A DNA stretch of 63,042 nucleotides, counting the filler, from Octopus bimaculoides (Eukaryota): the NCBI RefSeq assembly GCF_001194135.2. It is 6 parts of 6 records of this genome, joined end to end, with 100 filler letters (N's around TTAATTAATTAA, not from the genome) between each part and the next. Parts side by side here need not be neighbours in the genome. Positions count along the whole stretch, not along the records: positions 1 to 19,508 come from NC_068992.1; 5 more parts are not named here. The stretch is one strand, 5' to 3'. Shown here one piece after another: positions 1 through 11,686 of the stretch (positions within the stretch are counted from its first letter, which is position 1; each line of letters starts with the position of its first letter). Under the pieces are notes generated by a model that did not search any database, was not told where the DNA came from, and worked only from the letters and a program-made list of their open reading frames with translations. The position numbers were made by a program, and so were the translations under genes.

Positions 1-124
1 AGACAGGTAGACAGGCAGACAGAGACAGGCAGGCAGACAGGCAGGCAGGCAGAGAGAGAGAGAGAGTGCATGCGAGAGTGAGTAAGTGCGAGAGGGTGTG
101 AAAGTGTGTATGTGATAAGAATGT

Positions 125-265
125 GTAAATCCTGCCAAAACAGTCACAGAAGTCTGGTGCAAGCTTCGGGGGCCTGGCATGGTTTTTGTGAAACCATCCC
201 ACCCATGCTAGCATGGAAGGCGAACCTTAAACGATCATGATGATGATGATGATGATGATGATGAT
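125..265 (+). mobile_element. 3' tail of RTE-type LINE/SINE ending in (GAT)n
   Basis: CCCATGCTAGCATGGAAGG..TTAAACGAT(GAT)n; same tail recurs at 3071(-), 9013(+), 10200(+), 61998(-). The RTE assignment is inference. Confidence 0.6.
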
Positions 266-354
266 AAGGACCAAAAATTCCATGTAAAATGCAGCAGGAT
301 TTATAAAAACAGGGAGGATGTTTGAATGTTTACATGTAGATGTAAACATGTTTA

Positions 355-735
355 GACTACATGTTTGTGCTACATTTTTTTTGCTACATGGTATTCCTAC
401 ATGTTGGCAATATGCTATTACTACATGTTTGTACTATGCTTTGTAATGCATGTTTGTTACTGCATGTTTACAGTGCAAGATTATACTACATGCTTTGTAA
501 TACATGTCTGAGGCTACACATTTTGCTACATGATATTCCTACATGTTAGCAATATGTTATTACTACATGTTCATGCTACACATTTTTTGCTACATGGTAT
601 TCCTACATGTTAGCAATCGGTTACTAGTACATGTTTATACTATGCTTTGTAATGCATGTTTGTTAATGCATGTTTATAGTGCAAGATTATACTACATGCT
701 TTGTAATACATGTTATTACTACATGTTTCTACAAT
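355..735. repeat. Composite TACATG-based satellite with higher-order blocks (A-B-A-A-B)
   Basis: Recurrent CTACATGTT subunits. Block GCTACA..TTTTGCTACATG(G/A)TATTCCTACATGTT occurs 3x; block TATGCTTTGTAATGCATGTTTGTTA..GTGCAAGATTATACTACATGCTTTGTAATACATG occurs 2x. Confidence 0.85.
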
Positions 736-764
736 ATACTACGTCGATTTCTGTCATTTGTCTT

Positions 765-1001
765 TTTATATTTTACATCTTTCAGTCACTGGGCAACAAC
801 CATGCTGGAGCACTACCTTGGAAGATTTAGCGAAACAAACTGGCCCCTGCACTTATTATTTTTAAAGCCTGGTACGTATTCTGTCAGTCTCTTTTCCCAA
901 CCTGCTAAGTTACAGGGATGTAAACAAACCAACACCAGTTGTCAAGTGGTGATGGTGGTGGTGGTGGACAAAAACAAATACAAACTTGCATGCATGCGCA
1001 T

Positions 1002-1039
<38 letters not shown>

Positions 1040-1048
1040 ACACACAGA
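765..1048 (-). mobile_element. SINE-A 3' half, diverged
   Basis: CATGCTGGAGCAC..GCTAAGTTACAGGGATGTAAACAAACCAACACCAGTTGTCAAG followed by (CA)n; matches other copies in the window. Confidence 0.7.
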
Positions 1049-1665
1049 CCTGATAGGAGTCTTGCTAGAAAATATGGTAATATGTCTGGAAAATAATGAC
1101 AGGATGGCCACGACTGGAAACACTTTTGATCACAGGTCTGCTGGGTTTGAGGTGACCTTGGGCTAAACAACAGCAACAACATACATAAAGATAATGTTTA
1201 AACTCATTTACTCTTACTTCCATNNNNNNNNNNNNNNNNNNNNNNNNNNNNNNNNNNNNNNNNNNNNNNNNNNNNNNNNNNNNNNNNNNNNNNNNNNNNN
1301 NNNNNNNNNNNNNNNNNNNNNNNNNNNNNNNNNNNNNNNNNNNNNNNNNNNNNNNNNNNNNNNNNNNNNNNNNNNNNNNNNNNNNNNNNNNNNNNNNNNN
1401 NNNNNNNNNNNNNNNNNNNNNNNNNNNNNNNNNNNNNNNNNNNNNNNNNNNNNNNNNNNNNNNNNNNNNNNNNNNNNNNNNNNNNNNNNNNNNNNNNNNN
1501 NNNNNNNNNNNNNNNNNNNNNNNNNNNNNNNNNNNNNNNNNNNNNNNNNNNNNNNNNNNNNNNNNNNNNNNNNNNNNNNNNNNNNNNNNNNNNNNNNNNN
1601 NNNNNNNNNNNNNNNNNNNNNNNNNNNNNNNNNNNNNNNNNNNNNNNNNNNNNNNNNNNNNNNNN

Positions 1666-1810
1666 GTAGGTGGGATGGCCTAGGTAGATATGGTGGGGGG
1701 AGTGGGGGTACTTAGGTAGATATATGGTGGGTAGATTGAGTGTGGAGTGCCTAGGTGGGTGGGTAGGGGAGGGATGGGGTGGTTAAGGAGATATAAAGTG
1801 GGTGGGGCTT
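1666..1810 (+). repeat. G-rich tract with a canonical G-quadruplex motif at 1757-1779
   Basis: GGGTGGGTAGGGGAGGGATGGGG has five G3+ runs with 1-2 nt loops. Confidence 0.6.
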
Positions 1811-2119
1811 GAGGTGACCAAAATATATGACTATACATACACATATATATCGGCATGCATACATATATATACACATATATATACACATATATATACACAT
1901 AGATATACACATATGTGCATACATAAACATGCATGCATACTTATATATTCACAAACATGCATATACATATATACATACAAATACACAGAAACCTATAACC
2001 ATGAATGGATACATACACACACACACACACACACACAAATATATATAGACATATATATATATATATATCTTACATATGCTCAGACGTATATATTCATACA
2101 AATACACACACACACACAC

Positions 2120-2158
<39 letters not shown>

Positions 2159-2404
2159 CATACACATACATACATATATAGAAATATATATGTATATATA
2201 CATGTGGGCAGCATGTGTAGGTGGCATAGATACATAATTGAAGATGAAGTTATAAAAGATGTGACAGATTAATTGTGAACTCTCATTCTCTCTCTATCTC
2301 TCTTTCTCTCTCTCACTAATTATCTATCTATCTATCTATCTCTATCTCTCTCAGACAGAAGAGAGTGTTGTGAGAGGGAGGAAAGAGTGACAGAAAGAGC
2401 AGTT

Positions 2405-2679
2405 ACTCTCTCTTTTACTTGTTTCAGTCATTTGAGTGCGGCCATGCTGGAGCACCGCCTTTAGTCGAGCAAATCGACCCCAGGACTTATTCTTTGGAAG
2501 CCTAGTACTTATTCTATCGGTCTCTTTTTGCCGAACCGCTAAGTTACGGGGACGTAAACACATCAGCATCGGTTGTCAAGCGACGTTCGGGAGACAAACA
2601 CAGACACACAAACATATACACACACATACATATATATATACATATGACGGGCTTCTTTCAGTTTCCGTCTACCAAATCC
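2405..2679 (-). mobile_element. SINE-A (young copy, cut by gap)
   Basis: Near-identical reverse complement of the 7348-7804 and 60402-60755 copies. Confidence 0.85.
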
Positions 2680-3070
2680 NNNNNNNNNNNNNNNNNNNNN
2701 NNNNNNNNNNNNNNNNNNNNNNNNNNNNNNNNNNNNNNNNNNNNNNNNNNNNNNNNNNNNNNNNNNNNNNNNNNNNNNNNNNNNNNNNNNNNNNNNNNNN
2801 NNNNNNNNNNNNNNNNNNNNNNNNNNNNNNNNNNNNNNNNNNNNNNNNNNNNNNNNNNNNNNNNNNNNNNNNNNNNNNNNNNNNNNNNNNNNNNNNNNNN
2901 NNNNNNNNNNNNNNNNNNNNNNNNNNNNNNNNNNNNNNNNNNNNNNNNNNNNNNNNNNNNNNNNNNNNNNNNNNNNNNNNNNNNNNNNNNNNNNNNNNNN
3001 NNNNNNNNNNNNNNNNNNNNNNNNNNNNNNNNNNNNNNNNNNNNNNNNNNNNNNNNNNNNNNNNNNNNNN

Positions 3071-3174
3071 TAGGTTGGATGATTTGACTGAGGACTGGTG
3101 AAACTAGATGGCTACACCAGGCTCCAATCTGATTTGGCAGAGTTTCTACAGCTGGATGCCCTTCCTAATGCCAA
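3071..3174 (-). mobile_element. RTE-type 3' tail fragment
   Basis: Reverse complement of 9030-9135 (GGCATCCAGCTGTAGAAAC..CAGTCCTCAGTCAAATC). Confidence 0.7.
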
Positions 3175-3175
<1 letters not shown>

Positions 3176-3206
<31 letters not shown>

Positions 3207-3418
3207 ATATGTTTGTGTGTCTGTGTCCCCTCAACATCGCTTGACAACCGATGCTGGTGTGTTTATGTCCCCATAACTTAGCGGTTCGGCAAAAGAGACC
3301 AACAGAATAAGTACTAGGTTTACAAAGAATCAGTCCTGGGGTCGATTTGCTTGACTAAAGGCGGTGCTCCAGCATGGCCACAGTCAAATGACTGAAACAA
3401 GTAAAAGGGTAAAAGAGT
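3176..3418 (+). mobile_element. SINE-A 3' half
   Basis: CATCGCTTGACAACCGATGCTGG..GGCGGTGCTCCAGCATGGCC..GAAACAAGTAAAAG. Confidence 0.85.
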
Positions 3419-3433
3419 GAAGTTGGTCTCTCC

Positions 3434-3772
3434 CAGTGGTTCTCAACCATTTTTGCCTAAGGACCTCTTTGATTACTATTTTATTCTGGTGGACCCCCAC
3501 AGTCTCTCAATGTTTAAAAACTAGTTTTATAGAAATGTCATTCAAAATTCCTATTTTGCTTTTCACACATTCTCTTCTGTAGATTCAACAATGTAAAACA
3601 TTAGAGAAAGAAACCTAGCTGTTTGTTCCAATAAATACATGTAAATCAAAATTTTTTCATGGACCCTTCATATACTACTGTGTGTACCCAATTTACTACT
3701 TTGCATGCAAAGACCCCCAAAAATCTTATATGGACCTCCAGAGACCATCTGGATCCCAGTTGAGAACCATTG
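3434..3772. mobile_element. Non-autonomous hAT (Charlie-like) MITE
   Basis: TIRs CAGTGGTTCTCAAC / GTTGAGAACCATTG; 8-bp flanks GTCTCTCC (3426-3433) and GTCTATCC (3773-3780), a 7/8 TSD. An 8-bp TSD is typical of hAT. Confidence 0.8.
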
Positions 3773-3849
3773 GTCTATCCAATTATGTTACATCACTAAA
3801 TCTAGAGGATGTTTACACAATGTGTTTATAGAGAAGCTGAAGGGTTGGA

Positions 3850-3899
3850 TGAGGTGCTGATGAGAGGACAATAATCCTCGAAATATGCATATACACTCA
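3850..3899 (+). ncRNA. Minimal type I hammerhead ribozyme
   Basis: Stem I UGAGGUG/CACUCA (one bulge); CUGAUGA 3857-63; stem II GAGGA-caauaa-UCCUC; GAAA 3880-83; palindromic stem III UAUGCAUA; UA, predicted cleavage after 3893. Confidence 0.8.
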
Positions 3900-4044
3900 C
3901 TACCTATTTTTGTATTGCCAATCACACTGTTTACATAGCTGTATTTGTTTACAAAACATCATAACTTACAGTGCTATCTCTAAACTCAATAGAAAATGCA
4001 ACCATTTTACAGAGTGTTTTCAGTGCTTTTTACACATAGTTGTC

Positions 4045-4165
4045 AGCTGAGTGGACTGGAGCAATGAGAAATGAAGTGCTTTGCTCCAAAACACAATGCA
4101 CTGCTTGGTCCAGAAATGGAAAACACAATCTTACTGTCACGTGTTCAACACTCTAACCACTAAAC
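4045..4165 (-). mobile_element. Diverged tRNA-headed SINE fragment
   Basis: Reverse complement reads TAGTTTAGTGGTTAGAGTG.. (A-box-like); the body resembles the + element at 4870-5150. Confidence 0.45.
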
Positions 4166-4442
4166 TATGCACCTCCATAATATAAACTTGACACCTTTCA
4201 AAATAAAAATAGTTTCAAACATGACATTCCTCAATAAAATGCTGATTGGTAAACAAAACTTCCTTCTGCAGTTAAGGTTAACAAAATTTCTAACAGATAT
4301 ATCTGCTTTCTGCAGTGAACAGGTTAAAATAATGACTTCCAATAAAACACAATATATAAATTCCAATCAATATATCTTGTTAATTAATAGCTTTTCTGAC
4401 ATACAATTACAGTAGGTAATTAACTTTCAGGGAGTTACTCAC

Positions 4443-4536
4443 CATCACCCAAAACCATCTCCATTCCAAGCCAACACGGGAGCCTCTATGTAGTCAAGGG
4501 AGCTAACAGAAATAGCAGACATGTCTGCATACCTGT
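4443..4536 (-). other. Candidate isolated exon (unverified)
   Basis: Non-repetitive; TTCTTTTGTTAACTCAG acceptor and G|GTGAGT donor; one frame RYADMSAISVSSLDYIEAPVLAWNGDGFG* stops just before the donor. No family recognised. Confidence 0.2.
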
Positions 4537-4869
4537 CTGAGTTAACAAAAGAAACGAGCATATCAGGCTGTGGGCAAAATAAAATGGGCTTGCGGGCGCA
4601 AATGTGCGGTTTCTCCACCCCTGGACTAAACACTTCAAGGCAGTGCCCCAGCATGGCTACAGTCGAATGACCGAAACAAGTCTGAAAGATGAGGGATTCA
4701 AAGCCATTGTAAGAATTCACTAGAGCATTATGTCCTTATCTACTTTATTACCTTTTACTTATTTCAGTCAGTTGACTGTGGTCATACTGGAGCACTGCCT
4801 TGAAAGGGTTCTAGTCAAACAAATCAACCCCAGTATTTTTGTTTTTTCTTAAGTCTGGTACTTATCTAT

Positions 4870-5150
4870 CATGAAGGTGCCTAACCTGGAGGTTAGGGTG
4901 TTTCCCACTGCATTTGCAATCACAAGATAATGGTTTCAGTTCCTGAACCTGGGTGGCACACTCTGTTCTTGAGCAAAACATTTTCATTTCACATCGCCTC
5001 AGTCCACTCGGCTGTAAACGAGTTACCCAATGATACTCTGATGTCCTGTACTGAAGGCACTTTTGTGGTCTTGGTCGCTTTCACTTCATGGAAACCAAGT
5101 AATCTGCTTGATGGGTCCTAAGTAGGACTCAGGGCAGGAAAATTCGGAGA
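4870..5150 (+). mobile_element. tRNA-headed SINE nested inside a minus-strand SINE-A (4740-4870 and 5155-5300)
   Basis: SINE-A sequence breaks at GGTACTTATCT and resumes at TATTTATTCTATCAATCTC after the insert. Confidence 0.5.
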
Positions 5151-5639
5151 TTGGTAATAATGCTGTATTTATTCTATCAATCTCTTTTGTTTAAGCCATT
5201 AAGTCACAGGGAGGTAAACAAACCAACATTGGTCATCAAGTGCTGGTGAAGTGGAGTGCAGGACCCACACATAGACACACATATACACATATATACATAT
5301 CTATGTGTGTATAAGTATTCTTTTGTCAACCTTCTGTGCAATATTTTTACTCATACATACATATATACTCATATATTTATAATATATATACATATACACA
5401 CACACATATGCGCATGTGTATGTATATATATATATATATATATATATGTAACAATTAGAAAATGGAGGATAATATGCTGAACCCAACTACTTGCAGACGG
5501 TGTATCCTGTTGAATTCATTAATTTAATTCATAGCAAATAGATACTATCCCTTAGTGGGTTGAACCCCCAACCCCTAACTCTCTCACGTTATATATATAT
5601 ATATACACACACGCATGCGCATGCACGCACATACACACA

Positions 5640-5790
5640 TTTTCTCTAGCTACCAAATCCATTGAGAAGGCATTGGCCAGCCTAGGGCTATAAGAAAAGA
5701 CACTTGCTTAAGTTGTCACTCAGTGGGACTGAACCTGACACCACATGGTTGCAACATGAGCTTCTTAACCACACACCCATGCCTTTTAGA
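5640..5790 (-). mobile_element. SINE-A 5' half
   Basis: AAGACACTTGC..CAGTGGGACTGAACC..CCACATGGTT..CTTAACCACAC. Confidence 0.7.
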
Positions 5791-5899
5791 TGGAATTTAA
5801 AAATGGTTTGTTCTTTTTTAATTTGTAATTTATTAAATGAAATTTTAATTGAAGGACAAATGAAGAAATATAATGGAGAATGGTAGTTTCTTTCATTTA

Positions 5900-6945
5900 C
5901 TGCTGCTGCTGCTGCTAACATAAACACCGCCACCATCACTGTCACCACTGTCGGTACTACCACCACCATGCCATGTCTACCATTAATGCCACTACCACCA
6001 CCACCACCACCACCACTATTACTATTACCACTACTAATAATATTAACACTACTACCATCAACACCACCACCACCACTATTATTACTAATACAATGAATGC
6101 CATACCACCACCACTACTACTTATACTATTAATGCTACTACCACTACCACCACTACTACCATTAACAGCATTACCACCACCACCACTACTAATACCATCA
6201 ACGCCACTACCACCACCACCACTACTAATACTATTAATGCTACCACCACCACCGCCACTACTACTACTACTACTACTATTACTACTACCATTAACAGCAC
6301 TACTACCACCACTATTACTAATAATATTAGTGCTACTACCACCACGATCACCACCAACACTACTAATACCATTAACATCCCTACTACCACCACCACTACC
6401 ACCAATACTATTAATGCCACTACCACCACTACTACTAATACTATTAATGCTGCTATCACTACTACCACCACTACCACTACTACTACTAATATTATTAATG
6501 CCACTACTACTTGTACCACCATCAATGTGACCAACAAACACTCCAACATCAACTATATACACAACTGTCACAACCATTACCCCAACGACAATTTCTACAA
6601 CCACCGCCACCATCACAGCCATCCTCACCACTACCACTACTGCCACTTCCACTGGCAAAACCCATCACTACCACTCCCACAACTATTACCATAACTAGCA
6701 CCAATACCATCCCAAATAACCACTACTACTACCACCACAACCTCCACAACCACCACCACTGCTGCTGCCATCCCTGCTACCACCACCACCACTGCTACCA
6801 CTACAACTGCCATCATCATCATCACCACCCCACCACCACCACCACTACCACCATTACCGCTATCCTCACCACACCATCACTGCTACAACCACCACTACCA
6901 CCACCACTATCACCACCACTGCTACCACCACCATCACCATCTCAA
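5900..6945. repeat. Degenerate ACC/ACT/ATT trinucleotide mosaic (~1 kb)
   Basis: Continuous ACCACC/ACTACT with recurring ACTAATAC(C/T)ATTAA units; produces poly-V/T/P/L/S ORFs on both strands. Confidence 0.9.
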
Positions 6946-7347
6946 AATATTTTCCAGTCTCAAACACAATTTCTTCATTTTCTTTCAATCTAACGAATTA
7001 ATTAGAAATAAGTTACTTAAATTAATAAAAAGAAAATTTTTGTTTTTTGCATTTTAATTTGATTTCTTATTTGTAAATATTTTTGCACACTTTTGTTTCA
7101 TTTTTTTCTTTGTTTGTTTCTTTTGCCTTCTTATTTCTGGTATTTCGGGTGGGCAAGGGGTCCAAAAGTAGAGGAGGGTGTATAAATTGATTGGAGGGTA
7201 GGGGTGGCGAATGGGGGTATTGTGTGAGTGTATAATAAATCTATTCTACAGACTGGAATTTATGAGTTTTAATAGATTTTTATAATTATTTGGTGTTTAG
7301 TGATAAAGCAGATGTATACAAAAAACATGAACAAAAGTATAAACGAA

Positions 7348-7804
7348 GGCACAGGAGCAGCTGTGTGGTAACTAGCTTGCTTTCCAACCACATGGTTCCA
7401 GGTTCAGTCCCACTGCTTGGCACCTTGGGAAAGTTGTGTCTTCTACTATAGCCTTGGGCCGACCAAAGCCTTGTGAGTGGATTTGGTAGACGGAAACTGA
7501 AAGAATCCCGTCGTATATATATATATATATATATATACATATATAGATGGAAACTGAAAGAAGCCTGTCGTATATATGTATATATATATATATATGTATG
7601 CGTGTGTATATGTTTGTGTGTCTGTGTTTGTCTCCTCCCCACCATCACTTGACAACCGATGCTGGTGTGTTAACGTCCCCCGTAACTTAGCGGTTCGGCA
7701 AAAGAGAGACCGATAGAAAAAGTACTAGGCTTACAAAGAATAAGTCCTGGGGTTGATTTGCTCGACTAAAGGCGGTGCTCCAGCATGGCCGCAGTCAAAT
7801 GACT
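7348..7804 (+). mobile_element. Full-length SINE-A with internal (TA)n and a duplicated GGAAACTGAAAGAA..GTCGTATA segment
   Basis: tRNA-like head (..GTGTGGTAAC..GGTTCAGTCCC); the duplicated segment lies at ~7490 and ~7548. Confidence 0.9.
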
Positions 7805-7814
7805 NNNNNNNNNN

Positions 7815-8010
7815 TATATATATATATATGGGTGTGTGTATCTGTTTGTGTCTATGTTTGTCCCCACATCATCACTTGACAACTGATGTTGGTGTGTTTA
7901 CGTCCCCATAACTTAGAGGTTCAGCAAAACAGACCAAATGTCCTAGGGTCAATTTACTTGACTAAAGGCGGTGCTCCAGCATGGCTGCAGTCAAATGACT
8001 GAAACAAATA
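7815..8010 (+). mobile_element. SINE-A 3' half
   Basis: Repeats 7600-7804 after a short gap. Confidence 0.8.
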
Positions 8011-8179
8011 AAAGAGTAAAAGAATAAACCAAAAAATATAAAAAAAAACATGAACTGTGTGGTTTAAGAAGCTTACTTTGTAACCACATGGGTTTCAGGT
8101 TCAGTCCCACAGCACAACACCTTGGGCCAGTGTCATCTAGTCTTCTACTGTAGCTACAGGAAGACCAATTCCTTTTCAT

Positions 8180-8602
8180 TTATTCATTTACTTGTTTCAG
8201 TCATTTGACTGCAGCCCTGCTGGAGCACTGCTTTGAAGGGTCTCAGTTAAAGAAATTAACCCCAGGACTTATTTTTTCAAGTCTAGTGCTTATTCTATCG
8301 GTTTCTTTCGCTGAACCGCTAAGTTACGGGGAGCATAAGCAAACCAACATCAGTTGTCAAGCAATGGGGTAGGGGAATGATTACAAACACAGACAGGCAC
8401 ACATAGATGTATACACATACATTATATGTATATATATACACAATGGGCTTCTTTCAGTTTCTTTCTACCAAATCCACAAATAAAGCTTTGGTTGGCCCAA
8501 GGTTATAGTAGAAGACATTTGCCCAAGGTGCCATGCAGTGAGACTGAACCCAGAACCATGTGGTTAAGAATCAAGCTTCTTACCACACAGCCATGCCTGT
8601 GC
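8180..8602 (-). mobile_element. Full-length SINE-A, diverged (extra head fragment at 8050-8165)
   Basis: Reverse complement of the 7348 copy. Confidence 0.8.
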
Positions 8603-8723
8603 TTTTGCAGCCATGAATTTGGCCAAAAAGTTTGTTTGGTTTTTTTAAGCAAAAATAAGATGGAAGTTTTAAACATTGTATAAGTTTGTGCATTTACATA
8701 GGTTTTTGTGTATAATTATGTTT

Positions 8724-9012
8724 GTGCCGGTGGCTCGTAAAAAGCACCATTCAAGCGTGTTCATTGCCAGTGCCACCTCACTGGCACCCATGCCGGTGGC
8801 ACGTAAAAAGCACTATTCGATCGCAGTCGATGCTAGTACCTCCTGACTGGTTCAGTGCCAGTGGCACGTAACAAGCACCATTTGAGTGTGGCTGTTGCCA
8901 GTGCCGCCTGACTGACTCCTGTGCCGGTGGCACATAAAAAGCACCATTCAAGTATGGTTGATGCCAGTACCACCTGACTGGCCTTCATGCCAGTGGCATG
9001 TAAAAAGCATCC
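8724..9012 (+). repeat. ~66-bp minisatellite, 4 full units plus a fifth core
   Basis: Core TGCC(G/A)GTGGC.CGTAAAAAGCAC starts at 8725, 8791, 8856, 8922 and 8988. Confidence 0.9.
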
Positions 9013-9180
9013 GCTACACTCTCAGAGTGGTTGGCGTTAGGAAGGTCATCCAGCTGTAGAAACACTGCCTGAGCAGATTGGAGCCTGGTGCAGCCTCCTG
9101 GCTTACCAGTCCTCAGTCAAATCGTCCAACCCATGCCAGCATGGAAAGTGGATGTTAAACGACGACAATGATGATGAGCA
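9013..9180 (+). mobile_element. RTE-type 3' tail directly following the 66-bp array
   Basis: GAGTGGTTGGCGTTAGGAAGG..CCCATGCCAGCATGGAAAGTGGATGTTAAACGACGACAATGATGATG. Confidence 0.75.
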
Positions 9181-9704
9181 TGTATATGCACATGATATGT
9201 ATAGGCAGCTGTGACTTATGTTGATGTGTATACGTTTGTACAGTATGTATAGATGTGTGCATGTTTGCATGTGTGACTGAGGTGTGCATGTGGTGTGTGA
9301 ATGCTTGTTTACGAGATGGAATGTACACATCTATGTACAGGCATGCCAATGTGCAGTTGTATGCATTCATGATGTTTATGTGTACACATGTATGCACACT
9401 GAACAAACAAATGCATATTTTTGTATTCCTACCTACATTTGTGTAGCCATGTCATACTGTTTACAGGTCAACTTAACTACTGTTTTTCATGCAGATATTT
9501 ATTCTGTAGCAAATCACGTACAATGTCGAACATTTGTCTAACTATTCACCATAGTTACAGCAGTAGTTATGAGAGAGACATTTATGGTTTGCTGATGAGC
9601 TCAACATAATATAGAAACATCAGGAATTGCTAAAAACAATTAAAATAAAATTAGTTATTAGGTAATATTGAGTTTTTTTCTTTTTCTCCTAGCATAAAAG
9701 CACA

Positions 9705-9861
9705 GATATGGCTGCATAGTTAAAGAAGCTTGATTCCCAACCACATGTACCATGCAGTAGAAAGTCTATCCTACTGCTTGATACTTTGAGCAAGTGTCCT
9801 CTACCATAAGCCTTGGGTCAATCAAAGCCTTGTGAGTGGATCAGACAGATGGCATCTGAAA

Positions 9862-9900
<39 letters not shown>
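9705..9900 (+). mobile_element. SINE-A 5' half ending in (GT)n
   Basis: AAGCCTTGTGAGTGGAT..GAAAGAAACC. Confidence 0.65.
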
Positions 9901-9902
<2 letters not shown>

Positions 9903-10507
9903 GGGCATGGCTAGGGTAAATGGTGCCTAGATCAAGCATCAATAAAAGGTGGAAACTCGCACAGAAGTGGCTTAATTAGAAAATGATCTTGGCCAATATT
10001 GTGCCCCCTCCCCTCAAAGTGGCTCCGCCCTCACTATACCCTTGTGTGTCCTTATATGGACATCACACTTTGATATGAACAAGAAGTGATGTTGTTCATT
10101 TTCCAGTCTTCAGTGTAAAACATGTCTGACCATAGGAAATTATTACTTTGCCTGGAAACAGGTAAGGGTTGGTGACAGTAAGAGCATCCGGCAGTAGAAA
10201 ATCATTTGCCACAACAAATTACATCTGTTCCATGAAACATGGAAAAGTAAACGTTTAAATAACGATGATGATGATGGTGGTGGTCGTGGCGATGGAAATA
10301 TTTACAGAACCTTATATTAAATTAGTAGAACATTAACTATTGTTTACATGCATATATGGAGATTGTTCCCTCTATTGGTCTCCTTAAACAAGTTTACACA
10401 GATATAAAAATACCACTGCTGTTGACAAGCAGTACTGGGGGACACACAGACACAAATCACACATATATATACACATATATATAGATCTATAAATATTTAT
10501 ACACATA

Positions 10508-10692
10508 GGCGCAGGAGTGGCTGTGTAGTAAGTAGCTTGCTTACCAACCACATGGTTCCAAGTTCAGTCTCACTGCGTGACATCTTGGGCAAGTGTCTTC
10601 TACTATAGCCTCAGGCCGACCAAAGCCTTGTGAGTGGATTTAGTAGACGGAAACTGAAAGAATCCCGTCGTATATATGTATATGTGTGTATG
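10508..10692 (+). mobile_element. SINE-A 5' half (cut by gap)
   Basis: GGCGCAGGAGTGGCTGTGTAGTAAGTAGCTTGCTTACCAACCACATGGTTCC. Confidence 0.9.
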
Positions 10693-11284
10693 NNNNNNNN
10701 NNNNNNNNNNNNNNNNNNNNNNNNNNNNNNNNNNNNNNNNNNNNNNNNNNNNNNNNNNNNNNNNNNNNNNNNNNNNNNNNNNNNNNNNNNNNNNNNNNNN
10801 NNNNNNNNNNNNNNNNNNNNNNNNNNNNNNNNNNNNNNNNNNNNNNNNNNNNNNNNNNNNNNNNNNNNNNNNNNNNNNNNNNNNNNNNNNNNNNNNNNNN
10901 NNNNNNNNNNNNNNNNNNNNNNNNNNNNNNNNNNNNNNNNNNNNNNNNNNNNNNNNNNNNNNNNNNNNNNNNNNNNNNNNNNNNNNNNNNNNNNNNNNNN
11001 NNNNNNNNNNNNNNNNNNNNNNNNNNNNNNNNNNNNNNNNNNNNNNNNNNNNNNNNNNNNNNNNNNNNNNNNNNNNNNNNNNNNNNNNNNNNNNNNNNNN
11101 NNNNNNNNNNNNNNNNNNNNNNNNNNNNNNNNNNNNNNNNNNNNNNNNNNNNNNNNNNNNNNNNNNNNNNNNNNNNNNNNNNNNNNNNNNNNNNNNNNNN
11201 NNNNNNNNNNNNNNNNNNNNNNNNNNNNNNNNNNNNNNNNNNNNNNNNNNNNNNNNNNNNNNNNNNNNNNNNNNNNNNNNNNNN

Positions 11285-11339
<55 letters not shown>

Positions 11340-11549
11340 CACATATTTATATGTGACAATCATTCCGCTGCCATTATATTACAGATAAATTCCTCTATTT
11401 ACATAATATCGAGGTCTCTTTCATTCTTTTGTTATCTTACCATTATTATTAATATATCTATTTATATATATATACACACACACACATATACATATGTATA
11501 TGTGTATATAGATATATATATGTATACATATATATACATACATATATAT

Positions 11550-11686
11550 AAGCATTTAAGGATTGGAGAAAACGCATGTTATAATTGCATACTTTATTCC
11601 TACATATGTTTCAAAGGATTACAACCTGTGTGGTAGGAATAAAGTATGCAATTATAACATGCATCTTCTCCAATCTTTAAATTCTT
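11550..11686. other. Long hairpin: 54-bp arms, 30-bp perfect core, 29-nt loop
   Basis: GCATGTTATAATTGCATACTTTATTCCTAC (11574-11603) is the exact reverse complement of 11633-11662. Confidence 0.85.

Noticed and set aside
5957-6993. Long ORFs (233, 185, 143, 160 aa) suggesting mucin or Ser/Gly-rich proteins
   Set aside because: Open on both strands and several frames because of the ACC/ACT repeats; no splice or domain support.
8724-9012. CRISPR array
   Set aside because: The 'spacers' are homologous to each other, the context is eukaryotic and no cas genes are present; it is a minisatellite.
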